From: Thalia democratica
Taxonomy: Eukaryota
Length of the DNA stretch: 64,000 bases
Direction: 5' to 3'
NCBI GenBank assembly: GCA_965202585.1
Contig: OZ241827.1
Location: forward strand, 77,872,001 to 77,936,000
Of the stretch, positions 24,401 to 36,100 are shown in pieces. Under the pieces are notes generated by a model. It did no database searches, had not been told where the DNA came from, and saw nothing but the letters and a program-made list of their open reading frames with translations. Position numbers and translations under genes: made by a program. How positions within the stretch are numbered: position 1 is the stretch's first letter; each line of letters opens with the position of its first letter.

Positions 24401-27030
24401 ACATAATTCAATAATCCAATTGATACCAGTCTGCATCAAGTAACTTATACCGGTTTCAAAATAATCTAGTAATGCTAATTGTTTTTAATATTTAATTACC
24501 TGTCAGATTAATCACCAATTCGTTTCCTCTGGTTTGTTAAAGATAAAAGAACACAAATAAAATTTCGTGAGTGTCATTTAGAAAATTTAATTAGTTATTA
24601 AATTTACTTTATTGGAATTCATTATTAATGTTAATTTTAGACATACACATGCTATTGAAAATTGTTGCTAACTAAACAGATTGAGATTTTTAAGTTAATA
24701 CTTTTATTGTATAGCAGATTTAGGTAGCTTTAAAACGATTCAACAATTTAAAGCAAATTTACAGAAATTAGTTTATGTTACTATCAAAAACACTATTAAA
24801 ATAACAGTATGTTAGGTTTTAGCAATTTAATGAAACATTTTATTAACGATTTGTGCAAATTTTCCTAGTAGACTTTAACACAAAGTTTTGTAGAGCTTTC
24901 AAGTCCTATTATGACGTACGACTGTTGAAATTTGCTGAAAACAAACAAAAGCACAAACTTTTTGTCTGGCTCAAATTTGTATTATTAAACAAATATTCTA
25001 TACTTAGGGGCATTAAAACATTCAAGAATCTAATATTTACCTTTTAATGAAGTTTTTTGAAAACCAAAGCTTTTCAAGAAATTAGTTCTTAATAATCAGT
25101 TACTTATAAATTAGTACTCGTTTGTACTAACCTAAATTATTAATAATCTTTTTATTTACGACATTGATGTATTAAATAAAAAATTTAGTTTTTAGTTTTT
25201 TGTTCAAGATGTTTGGACGTATATGCATTTATTGTACAACACTAAAAATTATAAACATAACCTTATTTTTTAGGCAACAACGCTGGAGTATAGAGAATTG
25301 ACGAAACCACCGGTGGTTTGAGCGCTGTCAAGTGGCCAACAATTCAAAATGAAAACAGCGACATTGTGCGGACAGAAATTTTAACAGTAGAAGCTCGCGA
25401 TGGCGGTCAAAATTCTCGCAGTTCAAGAATGAACGTTTAAATTGAAATAAGAAACTTTAGAGACAATTCTCCTCAATTTAATAATGACGTCATTCATGTT
25501 AGCATCGCTGAAAACACAACTGTGGGAAGGTAAGATATTAACATAAACACTATTTAGTTATCAAAAGCAAATTAATAACTGTCGATTTTAATTTCAGTTT
25601 GGTTGCCAAGGTAACAGCATCCGGTCCAGCCGGTATATTTTATGACGCCACAACAGGTGATTCTGATCACTTCCGGTTGGATTGGTTCACGGGCAGGGTG
25701 ACTCTTTTGTTGCCGCTCGACTACGAAACTCGTCGCGATTACGTCTTGTGCGTCGAAGCGAGGGGTGGTGACGTAATGATGACATCATCAATGCAATTAA
25801 AAATTCATGTCACTGATGTTAATGATAACAGGTTAAAACTCTAACAATATAAATAACTTGAAGTTTTAACAGCGATTGTTTTACAAACAAAAGTTTTGTT
25901 GTAGTAGTATAAAAAGCAAAAATACATATTTCAGCCCTGTTCTTGATCAGACAAGATATTCATCAAAAATTTACGCGAATTCATCTGATCAAAATGTAAC
26001 GTCGCAATTAATTGACGAAAAAGGTAACGTCTTAAAAGTTAAAGCGCATGATATAGATACTGGATTAGGGGGATCGCTTAAGTACCAAATAATTGCTCTC
26101 TCATCTGAAGATCAGGATTTCATTGATGACAGATTTTTAGTGGACGAAAGAAGCGGTGCTATTCTGAAACTTAATGGAAACCTTCTCTTTGACCATTCAT
26201 ACAATAACATCTATCAATTCATGGTAAAATTAGTATTTTTAGTGTATACGTTAAGAAAAATAGTTAAGTTAAAGAGTTACTTTGATCAGTTATAGTTTTT
26301 TTTTGATTAAACATTTTATTAAGGTTCAAGTGACAGACAGAGGAAGTCCTCTTCTTGTAGCAACTGAAAGAGCTTACGTCACTGTACAATCAATTTCTCA
26401 TTACTCTTTAAAATTTGCTAAAAATCGCTACACGGTAGAAGTACAGCCACCTTTTGTACCTAGACTTTCGATTCCAGTAAATTTAGAAGTTGTTGAAAAC
26501 GGCTTCAATTCAAAATCAAAGTTAGAATACTCAATAGAGCCGGAAGACCCATATTTTGAAATAAACAGACACAATGGCGAAATTAAAACAGTTTCAAATC
26601 TAGTTCCACATCAAAAGAAAACAACACTAAATGTAAAAGTATCAAACAAAGAAACTAGTTCTTATACTATTGTCAAAATAGTTCTTCTTGAACCTTATAG
26701 TGGTGATCTAAAATTAAAAGAGATATATGTCGAAGAAAATTTAAAAAAAGTATGTCAATATAGTTTCATAACACATTTATTTTTATTTCAAATTAAACAA
26801 AGATCTAATTCTGACAAATTGTGTATGAGAACTTTACTACTTTTAAACATTTAATAAGGATTTTAAATTTTCAGGGAAAAGCATAGTATACATTGGCAAG
26901 TATTCACAACACAGTAGATGTTGACTATGTTTACACTTTATTGAATCCAAATCCACATTTCAACGTTGTTGGATCTGCTATTCTTACCACCAATGTAACA
27001 CTAGATAGAGAAACAAATTCTTATCATAAA
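12457..27030 (+). pseudogene. Unit B cadherin exons carrying sporadic lesions (about repeats 10-19)
   Basis: Exons 12457-12634, 12910-13040, 18018-18085, 19602-19765, 20065-20215, 20415-20640, 21936-22043, 22216-22432, 22499-22596, 22756-22990, 25274-25529, 25598-25831, 25935-26223, 26324-26749, 26875-27030. LDRE/LDYE, DxNDN and AxDxD motifs are clear. In-frame stops: TGA 19704, TAA 22348, TAG 25291, TAA 25438, TAG 26884. A net 32-bp deletion lies at 22038. Confidence 0.88.
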
Positions 27031-27168
27031 GTACGTTACAAATGAATTAAAAAACTAATGTCAACATAATTAACATAAATCAAATAAATTTAGATTTATC
27101 ACTATACTTAAGTTTTATTTAAGTTGTTGTATATTTAAACTATTAACAAATAAAATCTAAACTTTCAG

Positions 27169-30100
27169 CTGTTAGTTGAAACAAATTATCCAGCTTCAAG
27201 TCAAAGTAGTCGAACTGAAATAAAGATAAATGTCGTAGATGTGAATGATAATGCACCTGAAACTTTACAACAACCGATTAACATATTTATACCTAGAAAT
27301 GGTAAAATTGGAACAGCTGTCAAACAGGTTAATATTCATTTAGGTGATAGAACATATTTCAAATCAAATTTAATATTTGATTAAAGGCTAAATATTTATT
27401 TTACTAAAATTGTTTATAGAATACTTAACAAACATATCTCCAGATCAAGGCAATTGACAGAGATTTTGGTCCAAACTCCCAAATTAAATTCAGTTTGAAC
27501 GGTCCCGGTACTAAATACCTGAGAATAAATCCTAAAAGCGGATTGGTCACCACCAGAACTTACAAGTCACGTGAAGTCAGAACGACTAATGACGTCACGA
27601 TAATCGCAGAAGATCAAGGTAAACCCCAATTGCGAAAAGAAGTGAAAGCGACTTTGCACTTCACAAACGGAAACCCGCTTTCAAAAGGGGTTAAATCCCC
27701 TGTTTTTGTAAAAGCGCGGGAAAATTTACGCCTAGGAAGTTTATTGACTGATGAAATTGGATCGCAGTTTACAGATTCTGTTGAGAAAGCAAATTTTGAA
27801 ATTGTTGATGGAGATCCTGAAAGTAAATTCCAAATTGATTTTAAAACTGGTAAGTTATTAACTCAAATTAATTTTGAATACAATAAAATTTCTTAAAAAA
27901 ATGAAATGAACAAGCAATTGTTATTAAACTAATTGTTATTTAAAGTAAACTATAAAAGTATTATAAAAAAAAGTAGTTTTCTTAAGTATAAAACACTTGT
28001 TAGGAACTTTATATACTCGAAAAAGTTTGGATAGAGAAAAACAAGATACTTACCAGTTACAAGTGAGAATATTAGAACAAAACAGAAACTCAATCGCTTC
28101 AGTAACTGTTTTTGTTAATATTCAAGACGAAAACGATAATCCACCTATTTTTCAAAATAGCTTTTATTCAGTAAAAATTAAAGAAAACTTGCCATCTAAA
28201 TCGTTTGTTATCAGAGTAAGTTGATGTTAACTAGATATTTCTTTATTAAAAATAAAGTTGTTTTAAGTTTAATTTATATTTGTTATAATAGTTTTTATTT
28301 ACAGTATAATCTAAGCTATACTCAACAAACTTTTCTTAAAAGATTGATTGTGAATGTGATCATGAATTTTTTTACAATTTATTTTATCCTTTAATTTTGC
28401 TGTAACTCAACCTTAAGCTTTACAAATGACATTGTTTTGCCTAAATTTTGAAGCTTAAGTTTTAAAAGTGCGCATGAAATATGCGATTTAAAAATAATAG
28501 TTTTATATTTATTTAGGTACAAGCTACTGATGCAGACATAGAAAGCAACGCAATGATCAAATATACAATTCTATTCGGACACGAAAGTTTTGAAATTGAT
28601 GAACATAGTGGAGTCATATCAACATCTGGTAATATTGACAGAGAAGAAGTTTCTCAGTTTATATTTACAGTAAGAGCAAGTGATTGTGGAAACCCGTCAA
28701 TGTTTTCAGATGCTGAAGTTGTTGTTTTTGTTGATGATGTTAATGATAATCCTCCATTTTTCTCTAATGTAAGTGTTTTTGTTAAAGTAAACATATCAGT
28801 GGAACCTTAAAAGCTTTATTATTAAATATTTTCGTATAAAGTAACTAAAATTCACGATTTTTTTTTCAATGGTTTATGTTTAAGTTTTTATTATTATTAT
28901 TTTTACTAGAAAGTAATGTCTTAAGAAGAACTTAACCTTTAGTAAAATGTTATTAATGCAGAAAAATGAAGTGTTATCTGTATGCACTCTAATTGAGCCT
29001 GGATCAAAAATAGGTCAAGTAAGAGCTTACGATTTAGATGTTACTGATCAAAATAGTTTGAAATACTTCATTGAAACTGATGGTCCAATAAATATAGATA
29101 AGGAGTCAGGTTTGCTAATTTTATAAAATATTATTTTTATGAGTGTTCATTAAAAAACAATAAAGTTGAAAAAAATTAGTATGCAAAGCTTATAAGTTAT
29201 ATAAAATACTCAAATTTAAAATTTACTTATAAAATTTAATTTCTACAACGTTCCTACTTACAGGTGAAGTATTTTTAAATGATCTAACTGAACCATATGA
29301 AAAACGAAACAATATTTGTGCAATAACAATTGTTTCTGATGGAGTATATTCCACATCTACTAATCTTCAAATTAAATTTGTTACTAAATCTGCACGAGTA
29401 TTAGAGTTTCATGATTGCTCAATAAACAAGCCTAAAGTTTTCCGTATAAAAGAAGATGTTCCAATAAACACTTTTGTCGGAAAAGTAAGTATACGCTAGT
29501 TTTAAGATACTTGGTTTAGTATTCCTATACTTTAACTAATATTTTTCAGCTAAATTTATCATCTGGTTCTGTTAATCGAGTAATATTCACCATTGAAACG
29601 ACAACTTCTGATTCTTCTCGATTTAGGGTAATTCCCTCAACTGGAGAGTTGTTCACTCAAGATTCCATCAGAAAAGAGTTTCTCACATCTACAAATGACA
29701 TCATAAGATTTGTTGTTACAGCTCAGTCGAGCTCAGGTTTGATAATTGTTTAAAATTATTTAAATGTATATAAAAACTTATGCTAAATTTTGGTTTTACC
29801 TTATAGTTTTAAACAACATACCTGATTATACTAGGTTAATTTCTTACTTAAACGTCTAATTTGTTTATATATGATACTAATTTGACATAGACTTATTCAA
29901 AGTTAACAACAAATTACGCTATTAATTTAAAAAAAAATGTTTTGAACTATTTTGATATATTGTTAATTTGATATATTCTTCTAGTTTATGTAACTTGTTT
30001 ACATATGTTATAGAAATTAAGATAGCAAACAATTATTTATATGTTACAACTTATTGAAAAGTTATTCGTTTACAGATATAGCAAGGTGTGAGACTGTTAT

Positions 30101-33100
30101 TGTTATTCAAGACGTCAACAATAATAAACCTAAATTTGATAGAAAAAATTATCAGGGAATTGTCGTAATTAATCAAACGATTGCCGGTGAACATTTACTG
30201 AAAGTTTGTATTTTGGTTGTTAATTTTGCAATTTATTATAATAATAAGAAGGATTTATACTTATTTAAAACTAAAAAAACTAATTATGCAATAATTAAAA
30301 AGATAAAAGCATCTGATAATGACATTGGAGTGAATGGAAAAGTATCTTACAACTGGTACGATAAAAATAACAATGCTTTTCAATATTTTGATACTATTAC
30401 TGATAGTGGAATAATCTATTTAAAAAAGCCACTTACGGAAAAAGGTAGGAACTTTAAATTGATTTTTTTTAATTCAAGTTTTTATTATAAATATGATTGA
30501 ATAGTTATTTAGCTTATAATAGTGGAATTGAAACAATATGTGCATATTTCAGTTTATTTAATTGTTTTTCGTAATATAAAGTCAAATATTTGTTGAATGT
30601 CTCAGTCTTGAAGCGAACGGAAGTTTTAAATGGAAGCAAACATTAATAAATAAGTTTAGCACCTGCAACAATAAATTTATTGTCTGAAACAATTTTACAC
30701 TTACTACTTATAAACAGCATAGTTGCAAACAATTGGTTATTTTGTTGCAGATGAAGAAAGTTTTAGTTTTTTTATTCAAGCAATAGACGGAGGTGGAAAA
30801 TATTCTCTTGTTGGAGTGAATATTAATGTTATTTCAACAACAATTCATTTACCAGTTTTTGAAAATAGCATAATACACGTTGTTGTACTTGAAGATATAG
30901 CTATAGGATATAAAGTAAGTTTACCATTTTTTTACAAATTGTCTTTGTATAACTAATCGTTAAATAAACTATGTGTATGCATTGTGACGAAAGAAACTTT
31001 CAGAAATAAGTTGAACAGTAAGTCACAAAATATTATATTTATTTCAACTGTTATACAAATATTTAACTTATATTTAAAAACTTACAGTATTAGTTGAAAA
31101 AGTAGAGAATAAAAACTGATTAGATTTAATTTATATATTATTCATTATAGATTGCTCAACCACAAGCTTTAGCAAAAAACCGAGAAATTTACTACAAATT
31201 TGCAAATCATCAAGGTAATTACTTTTATACATATCAATGCTATCATAATAAACCATGATAACTTGGCAATAATTTTTTGTCAAGTACAAAACTGTTAAGT
31301 AATTTTTGAAGTTTTTGTTGAAAACTATTTTAACCAAGTGAAAATTTTTGCTAAAAAATAAATTAGTAAAGTAAAAAGGTATTTAATGAGAAAATAATCG
31401 TCATAACTAAGTTACAAATATGTGATAATAAAACAAACAGATGGTGATGAAACACAAATGAGAAACTTCAAAATAAACAAACTGAATGGAGCAATTACCC
31501 TAACACAAGAGTTAGATTATGAAAATAAAAATTATTTTGAGCTTATTGTTGTTGCATATGTAAGAGAAGAAACTGAACTTATGGCTGAATCTAAAGTAAG
31601 AAAAACTTTCTTGAAATTTAAAATCTAAGTTTTAAAAAACTGTTTAATTTGAAGTAAACCGTTCAATTTTAAAGTAATTTTACTGTTAGGTTTAATAATA
31701 TATATTTGTAAACAACACAAAATATATTGCTTATTAAGATAACAATTGAAATTGAAGACATAAACGACAATCCACCTCAGTTTGATAGTCTTTCATATAA
31801 AACTTTTGTTGTTGAAAATAAATTGCCATATGAACCGCTTGTACAAGTCAAATGTAGTGATAAAGACTCTACAAAATATTCAACTATCAAGTATAGGTAA
31901 CGATTTGAACTAAAATACCAAATATTTATACTGTCTTTTTTTAAAACTAAAAGAAACTAGATATTACATATAAATTAGATTTCATTTAATTGCTTTTTGT
32001 TGGCAGTAAAGTGTAAAATTACTGAAGTTTACTCAAATTAATTTAATTAAATTTTCGTAAATAAGTTTAGTTTAGTTGATAGTACTGCTTAATTAAAATA
32101 ATATAAAACAACACTTAGTTTTGTAAACTGAATTATTTTTTTTCAGGTTCAATGAAAGTCATCCATCTTTTAATATCAACCCAGTGTCTGGGATGGTTTC
32201 CCTGAAAAAATCTCTGGACAGAGAAAACTACATTGAAACAAAAGGAACAATTAGTCTCAAAGTGTGTTGCACAGACGGAAAATATGTTGATAGTTCAAAC
32301 ATAATTGTCACAATTAAAGATGTTAATGACAGAAAAGCTGTGTTTAAAAGCGACTCAAACCAGTTTAATATTTCTGAAGGGTAAGTGTTGAATAAAAACT
32401 ATAGAAGTTTAAATATTTATGTGGTCAAACAAAATTTTTTTTTTTGTTTCTTTCAGGGCTAAAGCAGGATACAAAACAGCATCAGTAATGTCAGCGGTAG
32501 ATCAAGATTCTTCAACAAATGCTTCACTTGTAACAACAAGTGTTATTAAAGGAGATCCTCTTCATTATTTCGATGTGTTTTTTCAATCGAAACACTCTTT
32601 AGAAGCTTCAGGAATGTACTTAAACATTGGATTTGAAGTAAGGATTTGCTTATGTTTAAACTTAAATGCTTTGTATTACAAAGTTTTGTGATAATTCTTC
32701 TATTCTTAGGTTGCTAATGATATTGATTCAAACATTCCTGATGTAAATGAAGTTACTGTCTCAGTTTTTGACGGAATTCATCACTCTTATGCACAAGCTA
32801 CTATAAACATTGTAAACCGAAAGTACAAACTACCAATTGGAAAACCGCTTTGCAAAAAGGTTGACTTCTTTTATTCCACTTTAGTTACTACGTTTTATAC
32901 TTAAAATAGCTTTACAAATTAAAAAAATACATTATTACAAGATATAACAACTATATGCTACGGTCGTTAAATACATTTTATTTTTTTACAGCATTTTTAC
33001 AACGTATCTGTCAATGAAAACAATAAAGTAAACTCACAAATAGCTACAATCGACATTGCAGACAAATATAGTAAAGCTATTTACACTTTGATTGGAGAAT

Positions 33101-36100
33101 TTAAAAATAGATTTTCATTCGATGAAAGTACTGGTTAGTAAAACTTTAAAAGTAAACCAACAGTTCTATAACTATAATACTATCTAAATATATTTTTTTT
33201 AGGAATAATTTATGCGACTGAAAGTTTAGACAGAGAAGAAAAAGATAGCTACCACTTAAACCTTCAAGTTAAGTACTCGAACGATTTAAAAGTGCCTGAT
33301 ACAGGTAAAAAAAAAATTAAAAACAACTAGATTAATTAACCATTCAAAAAAAAACGAATTATGTCTTACTCAAACTTATTTTCTAGATCTTTATAAAAGT
33401 GTTAGATGTGAATGACAACTGGCCAACATTTACAAAAAGTCAATTGAGGGTTCGAGTAAAAGAAGATTCGGTTGTGGGAAGCGTTGTTTATCAATTTGTT
33501 GCATTTGATGCTGATATTGGTTTGTTTTTTGTTATCAGTTACAACTACCTGAATGAAAAAATAAACTTAGTTTAAAACAAAAAAAAAAACATTTTTTTAA
33601 GATTATTTTTTGTTTCCAAACAATAAATAAGTTTTAATACAAAAACACACATAGTATTTTATTTTAATTTCTTTAACTAACATTTTAGGTGAAAACTCTC
33701 AACTGAAATATGCTCTACAACGTCACAGTTTAGATTCAGTTCCTTTTGAAATTGATGAAAAACATGGTTATTTGATATTACAAAGACCCGTTGATCGTGA
33801 AATTAGAGACAAATACCTTTTCAACATTACTGTTAGTTAATTTTTTCTTGAAATTCATATAACTTTAGTTACAATTTTAATAAAGTTTCTTAAGCAGTTA
33901 AAGCTACAATAGGTGAAGTTTTATTTTGTCGACTAGCTGAAGAAAATTGGCAAACATGCTTTGATTTTCAAACATAGAAAAATATTGTTAACTCTATACA
34001 CGAGATACAACTATAGTTTTACTATAATTCTTTTTAAAGGTAAAAGACCAAGGGATTCCAGTTAAGTCAACATCAGTTCAAGTTAATTTAAGAGTAACAG
34101 ACGTGAATGACAATGCTCCTGTATTCAATCAAACAAGTGTTAGTTTTCAGTATTTAAAATGTTTTATGACTAAAAATCCGTCCACCGTTACTTATTTACC
34201 ATAAATTTTACTTTACAAAGAGTGGTGTGCTTTACTCTAACAAAATACAAAATTTAATAAAGAAACCTTTTAATTGTAAAACTAATATTTATCGACTTTT
34301 TTTTTCAGTACAAAGCTGAGGTTAAGGAAAGTGCCAAAATTAGCCATCTAGTGGCAAAAGTTGAAGCATTCAGTTTAGACGATGGAGTAAATGCGGATTT
34401 GCAATACCTCATTGTTGGAGGAAATGAGCTTAACAAGTTTCAAATCGACAGTAGATCAGGTATAAGAGAATGACTTAAAAATAGCTACTTGAATCATTTA
34501 TATAGTAACCACATTCAAATACAACTTTCATTCAAATACAGGAGAAGTTGTTCTTCTTGATGAAGTGGATTATGAGGTGAACAAATATTTTGTGTTGACA
34601 GTCCGGGCGCAGGATCTTACAGATGACCCACTTATGAGCGACACTTCTCTTAACATACGTGTCATTGACGTCAATGACAACAAACCTACTTTTAACAACA
34701 TCAATTTTCCTGTGAGTATAAACTGTTTGAATAAAAAGGTTTAAATTAAAAGCTAATGTTTTTTGTCTTTCAAATTAAAGATATTCGAAAGTCGACCATT
34801 ATTTATTATTTTGTTAAAAAGTTCAAATCTGGTCATAGTTCGTGCTAAAATCGTAATTTAGATTCAGTTTTCAAACAAGTTGTTAATTTCAGATATTTGT
34901 CAACGAAGATGTCATTGATGACGTCAAAGCAACAATAACCGCTTTTGACAAGGACCAAGGCGCAGGGGGCGAGGTCAAGTACTCGTTGCTAAGCAACGAA
35001 GCGGACCAGCTGCCGTTCCAATTGGATGAGGACAGCGGTCGGCTGTCAGTGGTCGAACCGGGTCTCGACTTTGAAGCCCGCCGTTCGTACGCCTTTGAAG
35101 TAGTTGCCAGGGACAACGGAACTCCTTCCCTAGCAACGAGCGTCGACGTCGCTGTCAAAGTGAGAGACGTCAACGACTGTCGACCGCGGGTGGTGCTTAA
35201 GAGTTTGCATGACAACGTTGCGTTGCGTTGTCAAAGTGACGTCACGACAAAGTGCACTGCGAGCGTGTCGGAAGCAGAATGGAGAAACGTTTTTTCGGAG
35301 GAGGGCATAGTAACGGTAGGGGCGACGGATGATGACGTTGCCAAGGGAAACGCGGCCCCTTTTAAATTTTATCTCGACTCACAACTTGCAGGTTAAATAA
35401 CTTGTTTGTTGTGTGTATACATTTATTTAGCTCAAACTTATTTATATAAGCATTTCAAAAAGCCCATTTCAACTTGTTAGTTAATGTACGGTATCTCTTT
35501 TTATACATGTAACATAATTAAAAAAATTTTTTATGAAGAAAAAATTAAATTAAACTTAACCATATTCATTTAACAGGTGAATTTGTTTTTAATGACAAAA
35601 ATGTGCTGATATCAAACAACCCGTACGAAATAGAAGACATTTTATCAGATAAAGCGGCTAAAACGTTCCATTTCACCATAACTGCTACTGACAGTGGAAA
35701 TCTCGAATCTTTGCCTCTTTATTTAGAAGTTGTCATTTTGAAAGAAAGCAAGTATCCACCGGTTTTGATCTCTCAAAAGATTCAAATTATGACTACTGAA
35801 GGTTTGTCCAAATATAAACTAATTTCGAAAATAATAAAAGGATTTTATTATAACAACCAACATGTATACACGAAAAGATATATTAATAATTTACCCAAAC
35901 TTAGCTACCTTTTATAATTATTTTACTTACTTGAATATTAATTATTCGTCTTAAACTAGTTTTTATTTTTACTGTTCTGTTTCAGATTACTTCAAAGGAG
36001 GAGTGATATCTTCAAAGCTGTACGCCACCGACAAGGACCCCCACGACTTGCAGCGGCTCACCTTCAAGATCGACTCGCTCGCCGACTTCGAGTCGTTTAC

